Shown: positions 47,817 to 58,877 of the stretch, in pieces
How positions within the stretch are numbered: the stretch's first letter is position 1
How the letters are laid out: every line of letters begins with the position of its first letter
Source of the DNA: Zygnema circumcarinatum SAG 698-1b
Taxonomy: Eukaryota; Plantae; Zygnematophyceae
Length of the DNA stretch: 64,000 nucleotides
Reading direction: 5' to 3'
NCBI GenBank assembly: GCA_037447605.1
Contig: CM074815.1
Coordinates: forward strand, 1,178,001 to 1,242,000
Program-made: the position numbers and the translations under genes
The notes under the pieces: generated by a model
The model's input: the letters and a program-made list of their open reading frames with translations, nothing else
The model's database searches: none
What the model was told of the DNA's origin: nothing

Positions 47817-50800
47817 CAGAAAGGAACGCTACGTAGCCACCTCTAAGGGGAAAGGGGTGTTGGATTCCGCCACGCCCTGATCCTTTAATTCTCCGGCTGG
47901 CCCGCCCGCATGCTAACTAAGCACTGGCGGTGGCCGGATACTGCTGTCGCATCATAAGGCCGCTGCTGCTGTAGGGATCCGACCGTAGTACCGACAAAGA
48001 GTATGGGCGCCATTGCTGCCGCTGGGCGCGGCGCCAAGGGAATGCGGCGAAGCATTCGTATTTGCAGCAGGCCACCTCTCGACCCATGCAGTCGAGAGGG
48101 ACACGTGGCGCTTTGCCATTGACAACCGCCTAACTTCCATGCCGGGTGAGGTTCAACGGGGAAGCGATAGGGGCGAGTGGGTGACCGCCGCCACCCAACC
48201 AACATACCGCATACGGGTTGCATCGCCCGTCCGGGCTGCTCCCCACTCGAGAGCTCTCTCTCTCTCGTTTCCTTTGTCAACTCGGCACCGCCGCACGGGC
48301 CTAAGGGCCAGGGATTTCTCGTGACATTTGCATCGTGAGCAGTGTTTTCTTTCTTTTGGGAAGGGAACCCGCCGGGTCATGGTGACCCCACTCGCCGGGC
48401 CGGAGGGGACCCGGGGCCCTCGGGGCCGCCACCTCCACCACCCGTCCCCCGGGACGAGGTGATGGAGGAGAACTCGGAGACTGCGGCCGTCCCCATGGAG
48501 GGGCCCAGTCCCGAGCCCACGGATGACCAAGGTCATCCGGTGACTGCTGCCCCTTTCCCCGCGTCACCGGAGCCGCTGGCTCCGGCAGAATCCGCCGATC
48601 CCATGATCGGGCCCACATCACTTCGGCGCCTCACATTTAGCTAGAAGAAAGATCAATTTAGCCGAGCGGATGTGGGCAGTAAAGAAGGCCGCCACCATGG
48701 CCCTCGACGCAGGTGTGGGATCTACATGGAGCTCACACGGGCCGCTTGGTGGACACGCTCCAAATGGAGTTCCGGGGCCTTTCGGACAGGCTCCGGAGGA
48801 TCGAAGAAGGTATGCCTCGAACCCCCCCTCAGGCTGTAGAGGCAGTAGATGCGGCAGGTCCTGGGGAAGGGGTTAGGCACACCACCGCGGTAGCATCGTC
48901 GCTACCGGCGTCCCAACCGGCTGCCGGAAGCAGCCGGCAGAGATCTGGACCCCCTGTTGATTCAACGGGGGGGAGTCACCCCCATGGGGGTGGCGAACCA
49001 CCCAGCAGTGGGGGACCCCCGTCGGGGGCAGCTGCTGGCGGCGGAGGAGATCCCAGTCCTCGGACTGCTCCTCCGCAACCTACTGAGGATGCCCGACGGA
49101 ATCGGGCCAAGGTGGCCCCTCTTTCCTTTTGGGGCGAACATCCTACCACGGACTGCTCGATTGAGCAGTGGTTGGGTCAAACGAAGGGCTACCTTCTGGC
49201 GACCAACTGTCCCCCCCTCCAGTGGGTAAGCTTTGCTTACCCAGCACTCAGAGGAGCCGCATACCGTGTGTATGAGGGCCTCTCTGATGAGATTGGGGAC
49301 GATTGGGATAAGTTCAGAGATGAACTTATCAAACACTTTGGGGCCTTGGATCCCGGCTTGGAGGCCCGGGATAAGTTTCAGAACATGGTCCAAACCGGCA
49401 GCGTCAAGCAGTTTCTGCGAGACCTGCGACAAGTGGTGCCTCAGATCACCACTCACAAGCCTGACAGGCTGAGTTTTTTCCACTGTGAATGGCCTGCCAC
49501 ACTCAGGAAGCAGCACTAACTCCACGGACCAAACCGCGGGGACCCCTGGCCGACTCGAAGCCAGACTTTGATGCGTACCTATTCGGGCTTGGACACCGCC
49601 CTCAAGTAGTGATGTAGATCTTCCCCACCCCGCCAGGTCGGCGACGTGACGTGGTCGTGGAAGGCGATTCCTACCCTCGCCAAATCGCGTGAAAGAATAA
49701 GCTTTAAGCGTACCGAAGTGGCTGCCCGCCCACCCACTGCACGGCCGCAGAAGCTGACTCCAGAGGAAATGGAGAAGATGCAGCGGGAGAACAAGTGTTT
49801 CCGCTGCCGCAAGGAGGGGCACAAGGCCCGGGATTGCCCTCTCAACTCCAAGGACAAGAAGGGCAAGGGGCCGGAAAACCCCAACCCACCAGCAGTTTAG
49901 GAGTCGCTGCTGGTGGAGTAAGCAGGTTAGGGGATGGGAAGACAGTTGCCGTCAATGTGTAACAAACCCGCCTCCAGCAGGGTTCGAACTCAGGACCTCC
50001 CGGTATTCACCTAAGTGCTTTACCATTAAAAGGCAACCGCGGATGTAAGTACTAGGCCATACAACACATGTATAGCGTTTCGCTACATTCCTCCCCACCT
50101 AAACGTCCCGCTCGTCTCGAAGCATCTCAAGGGTTTTCACGAAAGGCTGTCTGCTCCTTCAACACATGGACTACTTCGGGCCCAAATTCCCCTCAGCCAC
50201 TAAGGGAAAGCAAGTGTTCCGTACTCATGCCCGTAGGAGATCACTGTGTTTTTAGGGTGGATTACAAATACCGGGCATTAGGCTACGATACCAATGTAAC
50301 AAACCAGCCTCGAGGGTTCGAACTTCGAGACACTCGGTATTCACCAAGTGCTTTACCATTAAAAGGCGGACCTTGAGGATGTATGAAATCTTAGGCATTA
50401 CAACACATGTACTTAGCGTTTACATTTACACAATGTTAAGAAACTTTGTGGCTTAGGTCCACCTGACATGCTTAACTTGTCGGGCGTAATCTTTGGGGTG
50501 CACTCCATCTCGCTGTGTCATGCGCTTCCCGGAGTATGTCCTTTTCCCTCGCCAATCGCGGGTGACTCTCTGTGTTTATGGATGTATCGGCGCGCGGGCC
50601 GCTGGCATGTTTCACCTCAATGTTATGGGGAATGATGTCTTGATGAGATGTGCCATGGATGCCTTGCTTCTCTTGCGGGATACTTCCCACATCCTTGGCC
50701 GCGATACCGGTTCCTCACACTTGGCGGCCAGACTCTTTTCCCAACGCCAATCGGGCGTTGGTGAAATACCGAGAAAAGGGCACAAGTTAGTGCGCATAAT

Positions 50801-53762
50801 GGAAGGATCCACCGCCACTCTGTTGGATCCCCTACACCTTGGTGTGGAGGACGCTCGCCCTCACCCTCGTGACATAGTGCTATCCCCGCTCCATCTTGCC
50901 CATCGCGGTAATGACCTTCACCGGGTCGCCCATCGGCCACCCCGCAGCGGATATCGCTTAGATACCGCGTGACGCTTAACTTTGTTGGGTTCTCGCGATT
51001 CACCAGAGATTTGTTGGGTCACCATGTATCCCCATTTAGAAAGTGTTACTTTCGGGGATGGACGCAAGGGCCAGATCTCTGGTAGCGTCACACTCAAGAT
51101 CAAGCTCCAATCCTACTCCGGGGCAGTGAAGTGCCTTCTGACACAACTGGCCTTTGGAACGGATGTTATTTTGGGGAGTGCTTGGTTAACCATAGTCAAA
51201 GCCCAATTGGACTTTTCCATCCCACACTGTATTCTGCACAGTGGAGATAGGCGCATCACCCTACACCCTGGCAAAACCACATCCACTGCGTTCGCGCAGG
51301 TTGATACTCCTTATCTCTGCTCGGCTATGCAGTTGGCCAAGGCAGTTAAGGAGGGTTGCACCTTGTTCATGGTGCATGTCATGGCAACCACTGAGGATGT
51401 TGATGACGAAGATCCGGAATGGCAAATCGCATCCACGAATGTGTTCTCGGCTGTTCCATCCCAGATCCAACCTCTGTTGGATGAGTTCAGGGATGTCTTC
51501 CCTGACGACCTTCCAAGAGGGTTGCCGCCATCGAGAGGGGTGGGGCACACAATCCCTCTTGAGCCTGAGCAAAAGCCGCCTTGGCGGCCGATCTATCGGT
51601 TAAGCCCGAAGGAAACCGAGGAGATGCGGAAGCAGTTGGCAACTTTACGTGACAAGGGCTGGATAGAACCCAGTCAGAGCCCCTTTGGGGCGCCCATCTT
51701 GTTCGTTGGGAAGAAAGATGGTTCGTTGAGGATGTGCATTGATTACCGCGCACTCAACAAGATCACCGTAAAGAACCGTTTTGCTTTACCACGTATTGAT
51801 GATCTGTTGATCGTCTTCACGGCCGCAGTGTTTACTTCCACCGATCTTGCTCGTGGGTACCATCGTGATCCGTGTTACTGGAGCCGATGTGCCAAAACTG
51901 TTCCTGACACCGACATTGGTCATTTCCAATATAAGGTGTTGCCCTTGATTGACTAATGCCCATGACTTTCCAGCCGCCATGAACGAGATGTTCATCGGCA
52001 TGGACGAGTTTGTTTTGGTTTACCTCGACGATATCCTTGTCTTCAGTAAGACAGAGGAGGCACATCTTGAACACGTTCGGAAAGTGTTTGAGACCCTGAG
52101 GAAACACCAATTTTATGCCAAGAGGAAGAAGTGTCACTTCATGCAACGTGAGTTGCTTTATCTTGGGCATATCTTGAATGATCAGGGCCTTCGGCCTGAT
52201 CCAGCCAAAGTTTCCGCGGTAGAAACTTGGGCGCCACCGACTGACTTGCATCAGTTGAGGTCTTTTCTGGGCTTTGCGAATTATTTTCGTAAGTTCATCC
52301 AAGGGTTTAGTAAACTGGTTACCCCCTTGACTAATTTGACACGTTCCGGTGTCCCCTTTATATGGACCCCTGAATGCCAGAATGCATTCGAAGGTGTGCG
52401 CCATGCACTTGTTACCGCACCCACTCTCCGTTTAGCGGACCCATCCAAGCCTTATGAAGTGGTTTGTGATGCCTCGGGATTCGCCTTGGGTGCCGTCTTG
52501 TTTCAGGATGGCCAACCCTTGGCGTATGAAAGTAGCAAAATGAATCCCGCTGAGCGCAACTATTCTGCAACAGAACAGGAACTGCTTGCAGTGGTCCACG
52601 CCCTGAGGACATGGCGGTGCTATTTAGAGGGGGCGAAAGCGGTCACGCTGGTCANNNNNNNNNNACGGCCAGCAGTTGGTCGTGCCCAAGGCCGGGACTG
52701 TACGGCAGCTCATTCTGGGTGAGCTACATGATCCTCCGTACCGAGGTCACATGGGAGTTGCCAAAACCCGTGAGGCACTGCTCCGAGAGTTCTGGTGGCC
52801 TGGACTCTCGAGGGATGTGAAAGCGTATGTACTCGCTTGTCCAACTTGTCAACGAAACAAACCCCGCACTGGCAGGATCCCTGGCCAGCTGCAACCCCTC
52901 ACACCTCCTTTTCGGAAATGGGATAGTGTGGGCATGGACTTGATCACAGATCTTCCTGTGACATCTCGGGGGCATGACTCCATCCTCGTCTTTGTCGATC
53001 GGCTCAGCAAGATGGTGCATTTTGCACCAACTACTAAGACCGCTGGGGCCGACGAGATTGCACGGTTGTATGTTGACAAAGTATGGAGCCAGCATGGTCT
53101 TCAGTCAGAGATTGTGTCTGACCGTGATCCACGATTCACCGGCCATTTTTGGACGGAAGTGCTCAAAATCGTGGGGACCAAGCAGGCGTTGAGTACAGCT
53201 TTCCACCCGCAAACCGATGGCCAGACGGAACGGGTGAACAGGATCCTGGAGGATTACCTCCGGCATTATGTGGGACCTACCCCGGATGGGTGGGACGAAC
53301 TGCTCCCAGTGGCTGAGTACGCCATCAATAATGCTTTCCAGGAGTCCATTGGTACCACCCCTTTCTTCCAGAACTTTGGTCAGCATCCCCTAAATCCCCT
53401 GCAACCAAGGGATCAGTCCCCTGATCCGNNNNNNNNNNCGCGTCGCGGCGCGCGCCGCGGAATGCGGCGAGCATTCGTACGTTGTACACCTCTGACCCAT
53501 GCAGGTCAGAGAGGGACACGTGGCAGTTTGCCATTGGACAGCCCTGCTTCCAATCCTCCATGCTGGTAGGAGGTTCAACGGGGGAAGCGTATAGGGGCGA
53601 GGGTGACTGTCGTCACCCAACCAACATACCGGCATACGGTTGCACGCCCGTCCGGGGCTGCTCCCCACTCTGGAGCGCTCTCTCTCTCTCTCTCGCTCTC
53701 TTTGCTGAACTCTGAAGTGTAATTCCGCGCACGGCTGAAGGGGCTAGATTTCAGTCGTGACA
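47817..53762 (+). mobile_element. Nested Ty3/gypsy LTR retrotransposon, family W
   Basis: LTRs ~47817-48326 and 53439(gap)-53762, both ending CGTGACA, with putative TSD AGCGC. Gag 48713-49900 has CFRCRKEGHKARDC; PR from ~50905; RT LRMCIDYRALN and VYLDDILVFS; RNaseH VVCDASGFALGAVL and ELLAVVHAL; INT ELHDPPYRGHMG...CPTCQ and SDRDPRF...HPQTDGQTER. Confidence 0.85.
49958..50430 (-). mobile_element. Complete TRIM (473 bp) with tRNA-like LTRs
   Basis: LTRs 50295-50430 and 49958-50087 (TG...CA), PBS TGGTATCGTAGCC (rc 50281-50293), PPT TGGGGAGGAA (rc 50088-50097), 5-bp TSD CAATG (49953-49957 / 50431-50435). Confidence 0.85.
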
Positions 53763-55488
53763 AGCGCTCTGCTCCCCCCGACCGCCAACCCCTCGAGATG
53801 GGTGAGATCCCCATACGAGGCGTCGCCGAAGATTGGAACATTGACACCTTTTCTATCCCCCAGCTCGGCACCCCCTACATTCGAGTCTTCCTAGCCGTGG
53901 ACAGATACACCAAGTGGGTGGAAGTTCATACGACAGAATCTAAGCATTCCATCCACTCTGCTCGCCTCCTGACGGCCATCATTCACCGCCACTCTCTACC
54001 CTACTCTGTCCACTCTGACAATGGCACCGAATACAAGGGGGCATTTGCCAAGCTCATGCAGGACTTCCGCATCATTCACCACACCTCTAGCCCCTACTCC
54101 CCCTGGCAGAATGGGCTTGCAGAACGTACCATTCAGACGGTCAAGGATGCGTGCGTCCGCGGCTGCGCGGAGCTGCAGGCGGACTGGCGCGAGGNNNNNN
54201 NNNNCCGCTGCGCGTACCTCTGAATCCCCTGGATCCTGGCTCTATGCTGCAGGCAGACCCACAGCACCACCCCAACCCTACGTCAGTTTCAGCACGGACG
54301 CTTGGGTGGCCGTACAGCATCTGCGACTAGCTCAGCAATCTCCTTTTAACCCCACTTATCTTGTGCTACAGGCTTCAGCAAAACTCACCGAATCTTCCCG
54401 CTCGTGCCGCCGTAAGAGGAGCTCGCTCGTCTTTCCTCTTTTTTTGATTCCGACACGGCACGGCACGGTACGATACGGTACGATATGGTACGGAACGATA
54501 CGTACGGTCCAACATGAACTCTAACACGAACTCTAACAATACCGCCCGTCTACTGGTAACACGAACCTTCTATTTGCAAAAATCAATATTTTCGCCTCAT
54601 ATTTGGCAAAACCATGGCGAAAATATGAGGACTGTTGACTGTACAGTACAGTACTGTACTGTACATTACTGTACGATAACTCCATGCGCCAATAATCAGT
54701 ACTAAGCTAACTCGTGATCGCGCGGCCTAACGCCGCGCGCCGTTATTATTTGTTAGAAGCTAATTCTGTGTCGGCACAGCCTATCGTCGATAGCCACGTG
54801 AAATATCCCGACTCCCCGTGTTCCCACTACGAAAACAAACAAGACCTGTACAGACTATGACCGTATCTTCTAAGGACCCCGGTCTGACGCTAAAGGACCA
54901 GCGACTACGGCCAAGGACCGTACAGTGTACTATTCCAGACTAGACCCCTATTGTACACTACAGTTGAGCCTAGGCGTATTTTGCAACTCCTAGCGTTTTT
55001 CTTTTGGCCTGAAGTCCTTTGAGACCTCGTGGCTCCCCATGCTGATTTGGTCCATTGGCCAAAACCATTGAACCATTGGACATGCGCGCATAGCCCTCCC
55101 TCGCTAGCGCTTTATCCCCTCGGACCGACACACTGCCTACTCATACCTACGCTCAGTCAGACTCAGCGTGAAGCTCCACGGCCGTGCAACTGACCGTGAT
55201 CAGGCGCTCTACGGAACTTCAAAAGGAGGCCTTGCAAACCCTAATTGACGTTCCTCCAAACTGTTGAGAGATTTTTTCGTGACTATACAAACTGCACTGC
55301 AATAGATACATTCTTCGCCTGTTGACAAATGCAGGAAGTAGTATGACTGAAAATTAAAAGCTTAAGTGTCTTCCTTAGCTAGCTGAGTTTTTCGTACGTC
55401 TGGATCACCCCCTGCGCAGCAACAGAGGAGGCGGGGCTTGACACAGTGTGAATTAAGGCCTCTTTTTGTGAGTTGGAGAGAAGAAGAA

Positions 55489-57870
55489 ATGGAGGGAAAG
55501 AGCCGGAATAAAAATGTCCTGCGATCGCTTATGAAGGACGCGTTAATGAAGAAGGAAACTCGGATAAATTCACCCCTTGTTCGGTAAGGACTACGACTTC
55601 TTGCTGCTTTTCTATTCTGGAACATACGCGTTTTGAGCCTTACCTTAATCGAATTTGGGAGGGCCTGAAATGTGAAGTCTTGGCAGTTCGCACACGTTGC
55701 CATCAACCTTAAAATGTTTACTCCCTGTCCAACAAGTATTGAACTGATGAACCAATTCTCTGACGACTGTTTGCAGATACAATGACGTTGGGCAGGCGGT
55801 GTGCAAAGTTTGCAATGTTGTGATAAAGTCCGAGGGGCTGTGGCTGGGTCACATCAGCAGCAAAGGGCACAAAGAGGTCCTGTATGCTTCATGGCCCACT
55901 TTATCTTCTTTATTCCTCACAGTCTTCACTACTCTATCTGCTTCACTCTTTACCCAATAGCTTTATTCATCTCGCTCTTACTTTATGGCTTTATCGATCC
56001 CACTTTTCCTCCAGCGAGCGTCTGTTTTCTGGCAACTCGAAAAGTTCTAAGCAACCCCTTTAACCTGCTTGGATTCAAGCTTCACACCCGTAAACTACTT
56101 TGGACCTTTTGAAAGCGACGGCTTTGGTTGCCGTAGTTAAATGATTTTTCACATAACCTTTAGTAGTTGGCTTACCATGATTCTGCTCGTCGTACAACAC
56201 AGAAACTCAGAATGAGAACCTTATTATCCTGGTCCTGATCCTGTGGCGTTTCAGACTGAGTCCATTTTATCCACGTTGCTTTTTCTGAAAGTTCACATAC
56301 CCTGAACGAATGAGCCTTTTGTCAGTCATCCCCTCAAAAGGCAGACGCTGATGGTTCCTTGGTTTGTGCTGCGAGAAAGCGCAGGCTGTCGAGGAACTGA
56401 AGAGGCGTGCAAAGAAAGCCACTGCAGTTGCAAATCAAGCGGAGCAGGCTGCTCCTCCTCTACCTGCAGAGGAAGCAAGTAGCCCTGTTTTGCCTGCCAC
56501 CCGAGAAGCCTCAGCTCTGCCTGAAGGATTTTTTGATACACCTCCGCCAAAGAAGCAACGTGCAGGTACGTCAACACCAACCTCTTATTCTATTTGTATC
56601 GTAAGTGCTGAAAAGATATTGAAAATTCTGAACCTTCTGGCAAGCCTTACATGTTTTTTTCTAGTTTTTTTTAATGGTTGGGGGTGCAGATTCAAGCAAA
56701 TCACAGCCGAGCAGGGAGCAGCTGGCAAGCAGGAGTGGAGTACGCCTGCTCCCTGAAGCAGGGGCTGCATCACTCCGCAGTGAGGGAGCTGTGTCTGTGG
56801 GGGAAGCGCCCCCAAGTGGGAGTGGGAGTGGCAGTGGGAGTGGGAGAGCGAACGGGAGTGAGAGTGGGAGTGCGTTGCCAGAGGGCTTTTTTGACAGCAA
56901 GGAGGCGGACCACAAGGCTCGGGGGGTCCAGCTGCCCAAGATCGACATTCAGTAGGTTTCGCAATTTGTGTTGCGTTAGGATGGCTTTCTAAGAAAGACT
57001 GTTTTCATCGTAGGAATAGATGGGCGTTTCTCTCTTTCTGCAACATCTGTTACATCGGCTACTTGCATCCACTGGGATGATGTCCTTAGTAGTGGTGTGG
57101 TTATGGGCTTTCTTCCTTGCAGGGAGGAGTTGAAGGAGTTTCAGAAAGCGGTGGATGTGGACCTTGAAGAGGTGGATATCCGACAGGAGGAGGATGAGGT
57201 GAGGCTCTTTACCAGCCAATACACAAACTTGCGTAGGTCATGTACGAAAACATGAAGGTTCTTCAGTTACATTCAAAGTGACACGCAGAGTTGTATACAG
57301 TGCATAGTTCTGGGTATATAGCAATATAGCAGTATCTTATCGGCATGAGTCGCTTTCACTTGACAGATCTATGCAGTTTAAATTTAAAAACTGTAGAATC
57401 ATATAGAACTATATCTATAGAACTGCCAGCATATAACCGGCTGCACCATGATGTGGATGCGTGCAGGCTGAAGCTGCAGATGAACGTGAAATGCGTGAAG
57501 AACTCACGCAGAGGTACTCTATGGGCTCACACATGTCAACTTTTCGGAAAGGAGCAGTCTGGTTTTGACGGATAGATGTGTGAAAAGTTGAGCTCCTGTA
57601 TAATTGACCATGCTCCTTTGTGCTCTTTTCTTGCCCCTTTGCAGATCCCTTCTAGAGAGAGTGCAAGAGTTGAAGCAGAAGAAAGAGCAGCGGGCGGCAG
57701 CTCTGGCGCAAGCGCAAGCGTCGCAGTCTATGCAAAACGAGGGTTCAGGGACTGAGGCAGGGAGGGTCGAGGAAGAGGAGGAGGAGAAGGAGGAGGAGGA
57801 GGAGGAGGAGGAGGACGAGGATGAGGATGGCGTGTTTGGTCTTTTGGATTGGCGAGCAAAGCATTATTGA
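55489..57870 (+). CDS. ZNF830: Zinc finger protein 830 (CCDC16) homolog, spliceosome-associated
   Basis: MEGKSRNKNVLRSLMKDALMKKETRINSPLVR|YNDVGQAVCKVCNVVIKSEGLWLGHISSKGHKE (matrin-type C2H2), two LPEGFFD motifs, and an acidic C-terminus ending LLDWRAKHY*. Confidence 0.88.
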
Positions 57871-58877
57871 GGAGAGAATTGGGCTAATTACGGCTCCCTC
57901 AACGGGATGTCTCATTCCACGTTTGTTCGTTGCTTTTTGGAGAGTTTTGTATTATGTTAAGAGGAGCTTGAGGATATGGGAAGGAATTGCATTAGATTCC
58001 ATTAAGTTTGTTGATGAAGTGAATTCGAGGTTTTTGGGTTTGTTTCTGAGGCACTGTATGTAGCCGCACCTTTTTTTGAGTGATCAGAACGTGAAGATCG
58101 TTTGAAAGCATTCAAACTTCAAACTGTGGAGCTCAGATTCGGAAAGCTCGATTAGTATGGGTGGGGTTCCATCGAGGCTATCCTGTGTGCGTTGTCCAAT
58201 CACCAAAAAAATGGCATGCGCGGCAATTCCATTTTGGCCCATGCTTCAGAAGGCACCCTCAATGGATCTTGATCCTTCGCCTTTCTGGTGACCTCCGGCA
58301 TGTGCATTCATGGAAAGGTCTGACTTGACTAGTTCGAAGAAGGTTGGAGATCAGTTGATCGAACAGGGCTTTGAACTTCGCTTTTATTCCGCCTTCTGGT
58401 CATTTGCCAGCTTTGCATGTTGGCTCGTTATATGTTAGCGTCCAACCCTTGCACATGAACTTCTCGGGGCGCTACCGTTGTGAGCACAGCACAAAGCATT
58501 GGATAGACATGAACGTGTCAAGGACTGCCATAGCCACACCATCTCACATTCTGTGAACGTCTCCTCTTAGGTTCGCCCACGTAGCATGTGTGCGCATGTT
58601 AGAAGCCTAGAATTTGGTGTGGTGCTGTAGCATCAACATGTTGTACCATGAACACCAACATGGTCGGGGTTTGTTGCACAACAGGGTAAGGCCGTGCAAG
58701 ATGGCCCGCTGAACCCTGCCGCGGCCCTGCACTTCAAAACCCTCCGAGCCTTTTTAGGTCATTGGTGACCCGCCTGCCCTGCGCTGCTCTGCAACTCTGC
58801 AGGGCGGTCATTGCAGCTCGTCTCTCCTTCCTTCCCTCCTGCTGCTGGCAGGAGTGCAGGCTTCCAGGGAGGAAGCC

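Larger units (their letters stand above)
40598..54370 (+). mobile_element. Ty3/gypsy LTR retrotransposon, family Z copy 2 (interrupted)
   Basis: TGTAGC...GCTACA termini with 4-bp flanking repeat GGCT. 5' LTR is ~40598-41610; 3' LTR is visible at 54205-54370. Gag/PR homologous to copy 1 at 42856-45460; RT TFVDD at ~46400; RNaseH end HRPGRSHGNADGLSR at ~47160; integrase core DRYTKWVEV...SDNGTEY...QNGLAERTIQT at 53798-54194. Confidence 0.8.
40391..54641. mobile_element. Tc1/mariner-type non-autonomous TIR element (shell 2) enclosing nested LTR elements
   Basis: TA|CAGTCAGCAGTCCTCATATTTTC at 40391 and GAAAATATGAGGACTGTTGACTG|TA ending at 54641 (22/23 inverted match). Subterminal (CCGTA)n at ~40490-40590 and (TACGG/TACGA)n at ~54455-54508 are in inverted orientation. 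Confidence 0.78.

Noticed and set aside
41300-48330. Extreme pseudogenisation of the Z element
   Set aside because: Dense 1-nt indels, and 5' LTR halves differing sharply in identity to the 3' LTR, look like uncorrected long-read gap fill. Frameshifts and LTR ages here are unreliable.
49970-50040. Functional tRNA gene
   Set aside because: There is no coherent anticodon arm and the sequence is embedded in TG...CA LTRs, so it is treated as tRNA-like only.
50472-50900. Inverted integrase fragment (DILREAHDT) or solo LTR between W gag and pol
   Set aside because: The motif match is short and noisy, no TSD was found, and the plus strand from ~50905 already reads as the W protease N-terminus.
55236-55244. 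Telo-box AAACCCTAA upstream of ZNF830
   Set aside because: Single 9-mer at the edge of TE-derived DNA; chance occurrence cannot be excluded.
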